From Schwartzia sp. (in: firmicutes) (GTDB lineage: Bacteria > Bacillota > Negativicutes > Selenomonadales > Selenomonadaceae), in assembly GCA_052170475.1 (NCBI GenBank), contig JBQNAL010000010.1, positions 680-64,679 on the forward strand: DNA of 64,000 bases, given 5' to 3'. Made by a program: the position numbers and the translations under genes. Every line of letters starts with the position of its first letter. Position 1 is the stretch's first letter. This document shows, one piece after another, positions 8,963 to 18,954 of this stretch. The notes beneath the pieces are model-generated. The model searched no databases and was not told where the DNA came from. It saw only the letters and a program-made list of their open reading frames with translations.

Positions 8963-9380
8963 AAAACTTCACCTGATGATCCACGATGCGAAACGCCGTT
9001 TTCTTCGCCACGTCGTCCTCCAGCTCCCCCATGAGATCATCGGGAAATTCCTGCACGTTCCCGCATTTCAGGCAGATGAGGTGATGGTGCTGATGTTCGT
9101 CCGGCGTCAGATTTCCTACTTCATACCGACTGCACCCGTCGCCAAACTCCATCTTTTGCAAAATGCCAAGTTCCGCTAACAGTTCCAAGCTGCGATAAAC
9201 CGTAGCCAACCCAATGTCCATGGCCTCGGCGCGCAAAATACCATAGACGTCTTCCGCGCTCAAATGCTGCCCGGAACGCGACAAAAAAACTTCCAAAACG
9301 ATCCGGCGCTGGGTGGTCAGCTTGTGCTGTCGTGCTTGGAGCCGCTGCTTGAGAACCTCCATGGTAACGTCGTTTGCCAT
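8937..9380 (-). CDS. Fur-family metalloregulator (Fur/PerR/Zur type)
   Basis: Winged-helix region (LTTQRRIVLEVF...GLATVYRSLELL), an HHHLICxxCG motif and a C-terminal CKNC. I chose ATG 9380 (MANDVT), which has an AAGGAGA RBS 7 nt upstream. The tracked ORF runs to 9419. Confidence 0.85.
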   Translation of the reverse strand: MANDVTMEVLKQRLQARQHKLTTQRRIVLEVFLSRSGQHLSAEDVYGILRAEAMDIGLATVYRSLELLAELGILQKMEFGDGCSRYEVGNLTPDEHQHHHLICLKCGNVQEFPDDLMGELEDDVAKKTAFRIVDHQVKFFGYCKNCR

Positions 9381-9463
9381 GATACTATCTCCTTTTGTTT
9401 TGAACGCCCTGTCTGCCACCTGAACTCTCTTAGAAAATTAACGTATCTATAAACGTCTTTATT

Positions 9464-9492
9464 ATTTTACAGTACCCTTTTCCCGATTGCAA
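9464..9492 (-). promoter_or_regulatory. putative sigma-70-type promoter of the fur-hemZ-hisS-aspS operon
   Basis: On the minus strand, TTGCAA (9492..9487), a 17-nt spacer, then TAAAAT (9469..9464). Confidence 0.5.
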
Positions 9493-9534
9493 CCACTTTT
9501 CCCCGCCAGAACTCCGTATCCGCCATCGCCGCCT

Positions 9535-10149
9535 TCAGAATTCAATCCCTTTTTGCGCCTTGATCCCTTTTTGATAGGGGTGCTTGATCAGCCTCATCTC
9601 CGTCACCAAGTCCGCCCGGTCGATGAGCGCCGGCGCAGCGCCGCGCCCAGTGAGGAGGAGGTGGAGTGCCGGGGGCTTTTCGTCGAGGAGGGAAAGCACC
9701 TTGTCCACCGCCAAAAGCCCAAACTTCACCGCATAATTGATTTCATCCAAAATGATGAGATCCCACTGACCGCTTTGTATTTCCTCCCTCGCTTCCCTGT
9801 ACGCTTTTTCCGCCGCTTCTTGATGCTCTGCCCGATGTGCGTCGTCCCTTCGGGAAAATCCCAGCCCGCAGCGACGAACTTCGATCCGCCCGCCCATCTC
9901 CCCTAACGTGCGAAGCGTCTCCAACTCCCCGTATTTCCACGACCCTTTGATGAACTGGAGGATGAGTACCCGAAGCCCATCGCCCCAAGCGCGCATCGCC
10001 AGCCCTAAAGCCGCCGTCGTCTTTCCTTTGCCGTCTCCCGTATGTACCATGACCAAGCCCTGTGCCGCCACACTGTTCATCTCCTTAAATGTTTTGCCAA
10101 ATCCCGTATGAACGAGGTATACTGATGGTATCGTTTTATTATACTCCAA
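9535..10149 (-). CDS. cobO: cob(I)yrinic acid a,c-diamide adenosyltransferase (CobO/BtuR type)
   Basis: P-loop HTGDGKGKTTAALG, QFIKG, ILDEINYA and the C-terminal HPYQKGIKAQKGIEF match CobA/CobO. The start is uncertain (10149, 10080 or further in). Confidence 0.85.
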   Translation of the reverse strand: MEYNKTIPSVYLVHTGFGKTFKEMNSVAAQGLVMVHTGDGKGKTTAALGLAMRAWGDGLRVLILQFIKGSWKYGELETLRTLGEMGGRIEVRRCGLGFSRRDDAHRAEHQEAAEKAYREAREEIQSGQWDLIILDEINYAVKFGLLAVDKVLSLLDEKPPALHLLLTGRGAAPALIDRADLVTEMRLIKHPYQKGIKAQKGIEF

Positions 10150-10181
10150 TTTGATCTAAAATTTATCCCCCGGGAGAAATC

Positions 10182-11795
10182 ATGCGGAAATTTATTCTCT
10201 TTACGCTCATTTTTTCTGTATTCGCTGTCCTCCATGCGTATGTCATGGAAAAAACGGATTATTTTCATCTCCAAGAGAAAACGGAGTGGCACATCTCGTT
10301 TAGCGAAGAACATGGGCAAATGACCATGCACTGGGAAAAACTCCCCTATCCCTGCCTTTACCGCATTGAGGCCTTTTCTAAAACCACCGGCCTCGTCGCG
10401 GGCGGTGCGCCGTATCACCTGTTTTACACGGACGTCACGCTAAGCAATCAGCAATCCCTCCCGAAGACCGCCATCCCCATGTACTATCAAATCACCGCTT
10501 ACGGTCTCTTCGGGCGGCTCGCCTCCCCCATGGAACCCGCCCCGAACCCGAACTACACCGATCCCCCGTCGCCGGTCATCATCCGTCACTACACGGAGGA
10601 ACACCCTGCCAGCCGGAAGCCCTACCTCATCTGGCATACCATCCCCGAAGCCGTCTGCTATGAAGTCGAGTTTTTTTCTGCCCCGCCGGAAAACGAGGAG
10701 GCAACCGATCCCTCCACCCTCTCGCCCCTGGCGCGCTACGACAAGATTTTCACCAACGGCTGGCAAGCCGATCTGGACGAGCTGCGCCTTCCCGATCGCC
10801 TCTATTGGCGCGTGCGGGCGCTGGATCTCACAAGGCGCCCCATCGGCGTGTTCTCGAAGGCGGAAGCGCTCGTCGCCGACGCCTCCCTGCCCGTGCCTGA
10901 CCGCCCGCTCCTCAACGATTTTGATCAGATGCCCGGGGAAGACGTCCCCCTCTATCCCGTCTATCAATGGATTCCCATGCACGGCGTCGATCGCTATGAA
11001 GTGGAGCTCTGCGTGACCCCGCCCAAAGAAGAATATGACACTGTCCCGACCCCTGACCGCGCGTGGCACATGGTCGTCACCGACTCCTTCAGCTGCTATG
11101 ACGAATACCCGCGCCCTTACGCCGGGCCTTACTACTGGCGGGTGCGCGGCATCGATGAAGAGGGACGCACCGTTGGCCGCTATTCGGACACGGCGCAGTT
11201 TGTCGTCCCCGAAAGGCGACAGCGTCCCTTTGCCGCCGCCTTCGGAGACAGCATCACCCACGGCGGCGGTGCGCTTTCCTACTCCCCGTTCAATTTAGAA
11301 TACAACTATACCACCTATTTAGATTTTCCCGCCGCCAATCTTGGCCGCAGCGGCGACACGGCGCATACCTCCCGACTGCGCTTTGACGAAGATGTGTTGC
11401 CGTATCATCCCCATAACCTCCTCATTTTGACCGGCTCCAACGATCTGCGCGCCGATCTGTCCGCCGCCGCCATCATTGAGGATTTGGATGCCATCGGGAA
11501 CAAATGCCGCCAAAACGACATCCGCCCCATCTTCCTCACCCTCATGCCCCTCGATCCCGCGAACATTGAACGGGCATTTCACACAGAAACGGATGCGAAC
11601 TGGCCGAAAAAGCTGCGCACCATTAACGATTTTATTCGCCAACAGGAGTACTACATCGACTTAGAGCCTTATTTCTACGACCCCACCGGCATGCTGCTAA
11701 ATCCCGATCTGAGCATCGACGGGCTGCACCCGGATATTCGAGGAAAAATGCTCATGGCCGAGATCATCAACGCCCACCCGGAACAATTCCGCTGA
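10182..11795 (+). CDS. secreted SGNH/GDSL-family hydrolase with three N-terminal Fn3-like modules
   Basis: N-terminal signal-like hydrophobic segment. The C-terminal domain has GDSITHGG (block I), TGSNDL (block III) and DGLHPD (block V). Three upstream modules each end in a Y(Y)W/QxxA/GxD-type strand. Confidence 0.75.
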   Translation: MRKFILFTLIFSVFAVLHAYVMEKTDYFHLQEKTEWHISFSEEHGQMTMHWEKLPYPCLYRIEAFSKTTGLVAGGAPYHLFYTDVTLSNQQSLPKTAIPMYYQITAYGLFGRLASPMEPAPNPNYTDPPSPVIIRHYTEEHPASRKPYLIWHTIPEAVCYEVEFFSAPPENEEATDPSTLSPLARYDKIFTNGWQADLDELRLPDRLYWRVRALDLTRRPIGVFSKAEALVADASLPVPDRPLLNDFDQMPGEDVPLYPVYQWIPMHGVDRYEVELCVTPPKEEYDTVPTPDRAWHMVVTDSFSCYDEYPRPYAGPYYWRVRGIDEEGRTVGRYSDTAQFVVPERRQRPFAAAFGDSITHGGGALSYSPFNLEYNYTTYLDFPAANLGRSGDTAHTSRLRFDEDVLPYHPHNLLILTGSNDLRADLSAAAIIEDLDAIGNKCRQNDIRPIFLTLMPLDPANIERAFHTETDANWPKKLRTINDFIRQQEYYIDLEPYFYDPTGMLLNPDLSIDGLHPDIRGKMLMAEIINAHPEQFR

Positions 11796-11813
11796 TGAAA
11801 CAGCCCGCTAACC

Positions 11814-11857
11814 AAAAGGGGATGCCGCACGTTCCATGAACGGCGACATCCCCTTTT
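11814..11857. terminator. bidirectional terminator between the SGNH hydrolase gene and argH
   Basis: aaaaggggatgccg (11814..11827) pairs with cggcgacatcccctttt (11841..11857). Confidence 0.7.
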
Positions 11858-11878
11858 CCATGGGCGGAAAGTAGCCCA

Positions 11879-13306
11879 TCATTCCACACAAATTTGCTTT
11901 TTCTGCCACGCTTCCACCGTGCGGGCGTTCTCCGCGATCCGCGCTTTGGCTGCCGCGATCTGGCCTTCTACTTGATGGTAGGAGGTTCCGCCTAAGGAAT
12001 CGCGGTTTTTTACACAATTCTCAGGCCGCAGCACCTCTCGAATCCCCTCATCCAAAAGAGGAGAAAACGATTGGAACTCTTCCGCCGTGAGATCCGTCAG
12101 CCATTTGCCGCGCTCCATCGCGTAGTGTACGGCGCGTCCTGCGACGGCGTGCGCCTCCCGAAACGGCAGCCCCTTCTTCGCCAGATAGTCCGCTAAATCC
12201 GTGGCGTTGGAAAAGTCCTCCGCCACCGCCCGCTCCGTCACGGCGCGGTTCACTTTCATGCCGCGAAGAAGCCGCGCGTAGACGGCCAAGCTGAATGTCA
12301 CCGTATCGATGGCATCGAATACGCCTTCCTTGTCTTCCTGCAAGTCCTTATTGTAGGCTAAAGGCAACCCTTTCACCGTAGTCATCATCGCCATGAGATG
12401 ACCGATGACGCGCCCCGTCTTTCCCCGCACCAATTCCGATACGTCTGGATTTTTCTTTTGGGGCATCATGCTGGAGCCGGTGCAGTGGGCGTCGTCAAGC
12501 TCGACGAAGGAAAATTCACGAGAACACCAGAGAATGATTTCCTCACTGAGCCTTGATAAATGCACCATGAGAATGGAGGCCGCCGAAAGGAACTCCATGA
12601 TATAGTCCCGATCACTTACGGCGTCTAAGCTGTTCGTGTAGATCCCATCAAAGTGGAGCAGCTGCGCCGTAAAGGTGCGGTCGATAGGGAACGTCGTCCC
12701 CGCGAGCGCCCCCGCCCCTAAGGGCATGAGATCCGCCCGCCGGTAAACGCCGACAAACCGATCGAAATCCCGCCCCAACATGGCAAAATATGCCATGAGA
12801 TGATGGGCGAAGAGGATCGGCTGCGCCCGCTGAAGATGGGTGTAGCCCGGCATGAGGACATCGGCGTACTGTTCCGCCGTTTCCACAAGCGCACGCTGCA
12901 TGTCGAGGAGGAGTGCCATGACCTCCACCGTGGCGCGCCGCAAATAGAGGTGCGTGTCCAACGCCACTTGATCGTTTCGGCTGCGCGCGGTATGAAGGCG
13001 TCCCCCCGCTTCGCCGATGGCCTCCGTCAGACGCTTTTCGATATTCATGTGAATATCTTCCAAGGCGGTATCGAAGGGGAAATCGCCCTTTTCGATGCGC
13101 TTTTCAATCTCTTTTAGGCCGTCGATGATACGATCCCGATCCTCGTCCGAGAGGATCCCGCACTTCGCCAACATCGTTGCATGGGCGATGCTGCCGGCAA
13201 TATCCTCTCGATACATCCTTCGATCAAAGCCGATGGACGCTTGGAACGCATTGATCCTCTCGTCGGTGTTTTTCGTAAAGCGCCCGCCCCACAGCGTGTC
13301 GCTCAT
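11879..13306 (-). CDS. argH: argininosuccinate lyase
   Basis: 475 aa. LWGGRF..., the fumarate-lyase signature [12 protein letters not shown] and TDLADYL are present. Confidence 0.95.
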   Translation of the reverse strand: MSDTLWGGRFTKNTDERINAFQASIGFDRRMYREDIAGSIAHATMLAKCGILSDEDRDRIIDGLKEIEKRIEKGDFPFDTALEDIHMNIEKRLTEAIGEAGGRLHTARSRNDQVALDTHLYLRRATVEVMALLLDMQRALVETAEQYADVLMPGYTHLQRAQPILFAHHLMAYFAMLGRDFDRFVGVYRRADLMPLGAGALAGTTFPIDRTFTAQLLHFDGIYTNSLDAVSDRDYIMEFLSAASILMVHLSRLSEEIILWCSREFSFVELDDAHCTGSSMMPQKKNPDVSELVRGKTGRVIGHLMAMMTTVKGLPLAYNKDLQEDKEGVFDAIDTVTFSLAVYARLLRGMKVNRAVTERAVAEDFSNATDLADYLAKKGLPFREAHAVAGRAVHYAMERGKWLTDLTAEEFQSFSPLLDEGIREVLRPENCVKNRDSLGGTSYHQVEGQIAAAKARIAENARTVEAWQKKQICVE

Positions 13307-14523
13307 TTCGTCAGCCCCGTCTTCTGCTGCATGAGCGCCCGCACTTTCAGCGGCAGACCAAAGAGATTGATAAAGCCGGTGCCGTCGGCCTGATTGTATA
13401 CGTCGTCCTCCTCAAAGGTGACGTATTCCTGATTGTAAAGGGAGTACGGCGATTTTGCCCCGGCGGAGAGAATATTCCCCTTGTAGAGCCGCAGCTTCAC
13501 CGTCCCCGTCACCGTGCGCTGGGTGCTGTCCACAAAGGCGTCCAAGGCTTCCCGAAGCTGGGAGAACCACACGCCGTCGTACACCAATTCGGCGTAGCGA
13601 TGCGCGACGATCTCCTTATAGTGGAAGGTGGCGCGGTCAAGGCACAGGTATTCCAATTCCCGATGGGCGTAGTAGAGGATCGCGCCGCCGGGGTTTTCGT
13701 AAACCCCCCGCGACTTCATGCCCACCAAGCGATTTTCGCACAGATCCGTGATGCCGATCCCGTGGCGCGCGCCGATGGTATTCAGCGTCGTAAGAAGCTT
13801 CACCGCCTTCATTTTCTTTCCGTTCACCGCCACGGGGATCCCTTGTTCAAACTCCACCGTGATCGATTCGTCCTCGTCCGGCGCCTGCTTTGGGGATCGG
13901 GTCACCAAGAACATGTCATCGTGCGGCGCGTTCCATGGATCTTCCAAATCGGATCCCTCATGGCTCAAGTGCCAAATGTTGCGATCCATGCTGTACGTTT
14001 TATTCTCTTCCGCAATGGGGATATTGTGCTTTTTCGCGTACGCGATCTCTTCCTCCCGAGACCGCAGCGTCCACTCCCGCCACGGCGCGATGATGGCCAG
14101 ATCCGGCGCCAAGGCTTTCACCGCCAACTCAAAACGCACCTGATCGTTGCCCTTCCCCGTCGCGCCATGCGCGATGGCGTCACAGCCTTCCTGCCGGGCG
14201 ATCTCCACCAACTTCTTGGCAATGACCGGTCGAGCAAACGAGGTGCCAAGGAGGTATTTGCCTTCGTAGACGGCGCCGGCTTTCAAGGTCGGCCAGACGT
14301 ATTGCGTCAAAAACTCCTCCGTCAGATCCGCCACGAACACCTTCGCCGCCCCGGAGGAGAGTGCCTTCTCTCGAACGACGTTCAGCTCGTCGCCCTGCCC
14401 GATGTCGGCGCAGACAGCGACGACCTCGCAGCCGTCATAATTTTCTTTCAGCCAGGGAATGATGCAGGACGTATCCAATCCGCCCGAATAGGCCAATGCG
14501 ACCTTCTTTACTTTCGTTGCCAT
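13303..14523 (-). CDS. argG: argininosuccinate synthase
   Basis: [12 protein letters not shown]-binding motif and [14 protein letters not shown] chose ATG 14523 (MATKVKK); the tracked start 14535 is a GTG overlapping the RBS. The stop overlaps the argH start by 4 nt. Confidence 0.95.
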   Translation of the reverse strand: MATKVKKVALAYSGGLDTSCIIPWLKENYDGCEVVAVCADIGQGDELNVVREKALSSGAAKVFVADLTEEFLTQYVWPTLKAGAVYEGKYLLGTSFARPVIAKKLVEIARQEGCDAIAHGATGKGNDQVRFELAVKALAPDLAIIAPWREWTLRSREEEIAYAKKHNIPIAEENKTYSMDRNIWHLSHEGSDLEDPWNAPHDDMFLVTRSPKQAPDEDESITVEFEQGIPVAVNGKKMKAVKLLTTLNTIGARHGIGITDLCENRLVGMKSRGVYENPGGAILYYAHRELEYLCLDRATFHYKEIVAHRYAELVYDGVWFSQLREALDAFVDSTQRTVTGTVKLRLYKGNILSAGAKSPYSLYNQEYVTFEEDDVYNQADGTGFINLFGLPLKVRALMQQKTGLTK

Positions 14524-14561
14524 GTTCTCTAACACTCCTTAAAAAATAATAAAAAGAACCG

Positions 14562-15500
14562 TCAACGCCCCATCGTGAGGGCGAGGATCGCCTTTTGCGT
14601 GTGGAGGCGGTTCTCCGATTGCTCAAAGATGATGCCGGCGTTCTCCTCAAAAACGTCAGCGGTGATCTCCTCGCCGCGGTGCGCGGGCAAGCAGTGCATG
14701 ATGATGGCACGCTTGGCGGCAAGCTGCAGGAGGGCGCGGTTCACCTGATACCCGGCGAAATCGTGACGGCGCTTGTCCGCCTCCTCTTCCTTGCCCATGC
14801 TGATCCATGTATCCGCATAGAGAATATCCGCCTCCTTCACCGCTTCTGCTGCGTCGTGCGTCAAGGAAATGAACGTCCCTAATTTCTGCGCATCGGCGCG
14901 GGCGTTCTGCACGACTTGCGGATCGGGTTCGTATCCCTCGGGGGTGGCAATGGTAAAGTCGATGCCCATCTTAGCGCAGGCGTACATGAGAGAGTGCGCC
15001 ATGTTATTGCCGTCGCCGACATAAGCGAGCTTTAGCCCACGCAGATTTTGCCCGCAGTATTCGCGAATGGTCAGAAGATCCGTCAGCGCCTGACAGGGAT
15101 GCAGGAGATCCGTCAACCCGTTGATGACGGGAATCGTCGCCCACTGCGCGAATTCCACCAACTTGTCATGCCCGAAGGTGCGTAGCATGATGCCGTCCAG
15201 ATAGCGCGACAAGACCCGCGCCGTATCTTGGATCGGCTCGCCGCGCCCCAGCTGTAAATCCCGATGGGAGAAGAACATCGCCTGTCCCCCGAGCTGGTGC
15301 ATCCCCACCTCAAACGAGACGCGCGTGCGCGTGGACGCTTTCTCAAAAATGAGTCCCAACGTCTTTCCCTTGAGCAGCTGATGGTCGCTGCCGCCCCGCA
15401 GTTTGGCCTTCAAGACCCTCGCCAAATCTAAGATTTCCTCGATTTCTTCCACCGTGAGATCATGGATGGAAAGTAAATCCTTTCCTTTCAGCATCATCAT
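14562..15500 (-). CDS. argF: ornithine carbamoyltransferase
   Basis: STRTRVSFE, HPCQ and DTWISMG motifs. Three consecutive ATGs lie at 15500/15497/15494, and the GGGAGG RBS favours the innermost. Confidence 0.9.
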   Translation of the reverse strand: MMMLKGKDLLSIHDLTVEEIEEILDLARVLKAKLRGGSDHQLLKGKTLGLIFEKASTRTRVSFEVGMHQLGGQAMFFSHRDLQLGRGEPIQDTARVLSRYLDGIMLRTFGHDKLVEFAQWATIPVINGLTDLLHPCQALTDLLTIREYCGQNLRGLKLAYVGDGNNMAHSLMYACAKMGIDFTIATPEGYEPDPQVVQNARADAQKLGTFISLTHDAAEAVKEADILYADTWISMGKEEEADKRRHDFAGYQVNRALLQLAAKRAIIMHCLPAHRGEEITADVFEENAGIIFEQSENRLHTQKAILALTMGR

Positions 15501-15577
15501 ACCTCCCTAACGCAAAAATCCCTCTTCCCGATGCGCCCCGCTCCATCCGTGACAGCCTCTCCTATGGAGAACACCCG

Positions 15578-16777
15578 TCACGCGAAGCCGAACAGCACGC
15601 GATCCAAAATCGCGATCATCTCATCGATCTGCGCCTTCGTCACAATGAGCGGCGGCACGAAGCGCAGGACATTTCCCGCCGTGCAGTTGAGAATCGCGCC
15701 TTCGGCGAGACACGCGTCCACAATCTCCCGTCCCGGCCGAGAAAGCTCCGCCCCCAAGAGCAGACCGCGCCCCCGCACTTCAAGGATGAGCGCCGGATAT
15801 TTCTGGCGCAATTTTTCTAATTGCCCTTGAAGATACGCACCTACCTCCCGCACATGAGGAAGGAAATCCGGCTTTTCCATCTCATCCAAGACCGCTAAAG
15901 CCGCCGCACAGGCCAAAGGATTGCCCCCAAAGGTCGAGCCATGATCGCCTATCCCAAAGGACGCCGCCACCTTATCACTCGCCACGAACGCCCCGATGGG
16001 AACGCCGCCCGCCAGCCCCTTGGCCAAGGTCACAATATCCGGCCGAATCCCAAACCCTTCGTAGGCAAAGAACGTCCCCGTGCGCCCCATGCCGCTCTGA
16101 ATCTCATCTAAAATGAGGCAGGCGTCATATCGATCGCAGAGGGCGCGCACGCGCTGCCAATACCCTTCCGGCGGAACGTGTACGCCCCCCTCGCCCTGTA
16201 TCGTCTCCAAGAGGACGGCACACGTCTTGTCGCTCATCGCCTCTTCCAAAGCATCACCGTCGCCGTACGCCACATAGGAGAACCCCCCGGGCAGAGGGCC
16301 AAACCCCTCCTGATACTTCGGCTGTCCTGTCGCCGTCAGCGTGGCCAGCGTCCGTCCGTGAAAACTGTGGTGCGCGGTGATGATCTCGACCTTCGCCGGA
16401 TCCTTACGCCAAGCGTATTTCCGCGCCAGCTTGATCGCGCCTTCGTTGGCCTCCGCCCCGGAATTGCCGAAGAACACTTTCCCGAGTCCGCTCAGCGCCG
16501 TCAGCCGCGCCGCTGCATCCGCCTGCGCTTTCGTATAATAGAGATTGGAACAATGGATCATGCGCTCCGCTTGCGCCGCGACGGCACGCACCAAAGCCGG
16601 ATGCGCATGACCCAAGACATTCACCGCGATGCCCCCTAAGAAATCGAGGTAGCGCCGCCCTTTCGTATCGTAAACGTAAACGCCCGCTCCATGATCGAGG
16701 ACGATCCCATACCGGGCAAATACGGGCAAATACGAAGCTCTATCCTTGGCGTAAATCTCTTCGTCTGTCTCCCGCAT
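15578..16777 (-). CDS. argD: acetylornithine aminotransferase
   Basis: Class III aminotransferase (GSGAEANEGAIKLAR; LILDEIQSGMGRTG; TLAKGLAGG) within the arg operon. Confidence 0.9.
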   Translation of the reverse strand: MRETDEEIYAKDRASYLPVFARYGIVLDHGAGVYVYDTKGRRYLDFLGGIAVNVLGHAHPALVRAVAAQAERMIHCSNLYYTKAQADAAARLTALSGLGKVFFGNSGAEANEGAIKLARKYAWRKDPAKVEIITAHHSFHGRTLATLTATGQPKYQEGFGPLPGGFSYVAYGDGDALEEAMSDKTCAVLLETIQGEGGVHVPPEGYWQRVRALCDRYDACLILDEIQSGMGRTGTFFAYEGFGIRPDIVTLAKGLAGGVPIGAFVASDKVAASFGIGDHGSTFGGNPLACAAALAVLDEMEKPDFLPHVREVGAYLQGQLEKLRQKYPALILEVRGRGLLLGAELSRPGREIVDACLAEGAILNCTAGNVLRFVPPLIVTKAQIDEMIAILDRVLFGFA

Positions 16778-16789
16778 ATCCTTCCCCCC

Positions 16790-17674
16790 TCAACGTACAA
16801 TCTCCGTCCCGATCCCCTGCGCCGTAAAGAGTTCCAAAAGCAGCGAATGGGGTAGCCGGCCGTCGATGATACAAGCCTTCTTCGCCCCCTCCGCCAAAGC
16901 GCACAGACAAGACTCCACTTTGGGAATCATCCCCCCCGAGATGATCCCCTCATCAATGTAGCGCCGCGCCTCTTCTTCCGTCAGGGACGAGATGAACGAC
17001 GACGGATCCCCATAGGTTTTATAGATCCCCTCTACGTCCGTCAGGAGCAGCAGTTTCTCCGATTGCAGCGCCCCGGCCACCTTCGCCGCCACATAGTCGG
17101 CGTTGATGTTGTAACTCTCGCCGCCCTCTCCCACGCCCACCGGCGCCACCACCGGGATGTACCCTCCCGCGATCATATCGCTGAGGACGGAAACCCCGAT
17201 GGACTCCACCTCTCCCACATAGCCGATGTCCACCTGCTCCACCTTGCCGCCACAGTGAACCTCCGCCCATTTTTTCTTCGCGCGGATGAGGTTCCCGTCC
17301 TTCCCGGACAGACCGATGGCGTGATTGCCCTCTTGGTTCAGGCGATTGACGATCTCCGAATTGACCTTTCCGATGAGTACCATCTCCGCGATGGCCATCG
17401 TCTCCTTATCCGTCACCCGCAGTCCGCTGACAAATTCGGACGTCTTACCAATCTTCTTTAAGAAATTCGTAATATCGGGGCCGCCCCCATGGACGATGAT
17501 AGGGCGGATCCCGACATACCGCATGAGAGTGATGTCCGTGATCACCTTCGATTTCAGCTCATCGCTGATCATGGCGTTGCCGCCGTACTTGATGACGACG
17601 GTCTTGCCGAAATACTTTTTGATGTACGGCAGCGCCTCCACCAAAATATCCGCCGTATCCCGCGGTGAAAACAT
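16790..17674 (-). CDS. argB: acetylglutamate kinase
   Basis: VIKYGGNAM and VHGGGP motifs, within the arg operon. Confidence 0.92.
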   Translation of the reverse strand: MFSPRDTADILVEALPYIKKYFGKTVVIKYGGNAMISDELKSKVITDITLMRYVGIRPIIVHGGGPDITNFLKKIGKTSEFVSGLRVTDKETMAIAEMVLIGKVNSEIVNRLNQEGNHAIGLSGKDGNLIRAKKKWAEVHCGGKVEQVDIGYVGEVESIGVSVLSDMIAGGYIPVVAPVGVGEGGESYNINADYVAAKVAGALQSEKLLLLTDVEGIYKTYGDPSSFISSLTEEEARRYIDEGIISGGMIPKVESCLCALAEGAKKACIIDGRLPHSLLLELFTAQGIGTEIVR

Positions 17675-17686
17675 CCTCGCCCCTCC

Positions 17687-18898
17687 TCAAGTATGGTATT
17701 CCCCGTTGATCTTCACATAGCCGTACGAAAAATCGCAGGACCAGACCGTCGCCGACGCCTCGCCTATCCCCAAATCAATCGCGATGGCAATATCGTGCGC
17801 TTCCATGACCTTATCCAGAGCCGCCCGGTCAAAGGCGGCGCCGACGCCGTGCGCGTACACGGGAATATCGCCGAACTTCACCACCGTCTTTTCCGGCACC
17901 ATCGGCACCCCCGCATAGCCCACCGCACAGATCACCCGCCCCCAGTTCGGATCCTCTCCGAAAAAAGCCGTCTTGACAAGTGGGGACTTCGCCACGCTCA
18001 TGGCCACCTGCTTGGCGTCGGCGAAGGTGTGCGCCCCCGTGACCTCGATGGTCAGAAACTTCGTCGCCCCTTCCCCATCGGCCGCAATCCGCTGAGAAAG
18101 CCCGGTGCAAAGCGTGCGCAGCGTCGCCACAAAAAGGTCATAGTCCGCTCCCTTCACCGCGATGCAGGGATTGCCCGCCGCCCCATTGGCCATGACGATG
18201 GCCATATCGTTCGTGCTCATATCGCCGTCGACGGAGATCATGTTAAACGTCACCTCCACCACCTCCGACAGCGCCGCTTGGAGAAGCGCCGGCTCAATCG
18301 CCGCGTCGGTGGTGATGAAGGCCAACATCGTGGCCATATTCGGCTGGATCATCCCCGACCCCTTGGCGATAGCGCCAAAGCGCACCTTCTGCCCGCCCAG
18401 CTCGATCTCCACCGCCCCGCCCTTGCAATAGGTATCGGTGGTAAGGATGGCCTTGGCCGCCGCCGCGCTCCCCTCAAGAGAAAGACAGGCGGCGGCTTCC
18501 TTGATCCCCGCGCGCAGCTTCTCCATGGGGAGGCGGACGCCAATGACCCCCGTCGATGCCACCACGACCTCTTCCGCCGCGCAGCCTAACGCCGCCCCCG
18601 CCAAAGCGCCCATCTCTTTGGCGTCAGCCAACCCCCCATCGCCGGTACAGGCGTTGGCGCAGCCCGCATTGGCCACAATCGCCCGCGCCGTCCCGTGGCG
18701 CACCACCTCTTTCGACACCTCTACGGGCGCCGCCGCCACTTGATTTTGTGTGAAGGTTCCCGCCACCGCCGCCGGCCGCTCCGAATAAATGAGCGCCAAA
18801 TCATCGTTGCCGCTTTTTTTGATCCCCGCTTTTATCCCCGATGCGGTAAATCCTTTAGGAAAGGTAACGCTCTTCTTTATTGCTTCGTCGCTGAACAT
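17687..18898 (-). CDS. argJ: bifunctional ornithine acetyltransferase / N-acetylglutamate synthase
   Basis: ArgJ family with the autoproteolytic ATMLAFITTDA site. I chose ATG 18898 (MFSDEAIKK), which has a GGAGGAAAAA RBS. The tracked ORF runs to 18952. Confidence 0.92.
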   Translation of the reverse strand: MFSDEAIKKSVTFPKGFTASGIKAGIKKSGNDDLALIYSERPAAVAGTFTQNQVAAAPVEVSKEVVRHGTARAIVANAGCANACTGDGGLADAKEMGALAGAALGCAAEEVVVASTGVIGVRLPMEKLRAGIKEAAACLSLEGSAAAAKAILTTDTYCKGGAVEIELGGQKVRFGAIAKGSGMIQPNMATMLAFITTDAAIEPALLQAALSEVVEVTFNMISVDGDMSTNDMAIVMANGAAGNPCIAVKGADYDLFVATLRTLCTGLSQRIAADGEGATKFLTIEVTGAHTFADAKQVAMSVAKSPLVKTAFFGEDPNWGRVICAVGYAGVPMVPEKTVVKFGDIPVYAHGVGAAFDRAALDKVMEAHDIAIAIDLGIGEASATVWSCDFSYGYVKINGEYHT

Positions 18899-18954
18899 GA
18901 TTTTTCCTCCTATGGGGGCGATTGCCCCGCCCCAATGTTTTCTCCCAAGCACCG

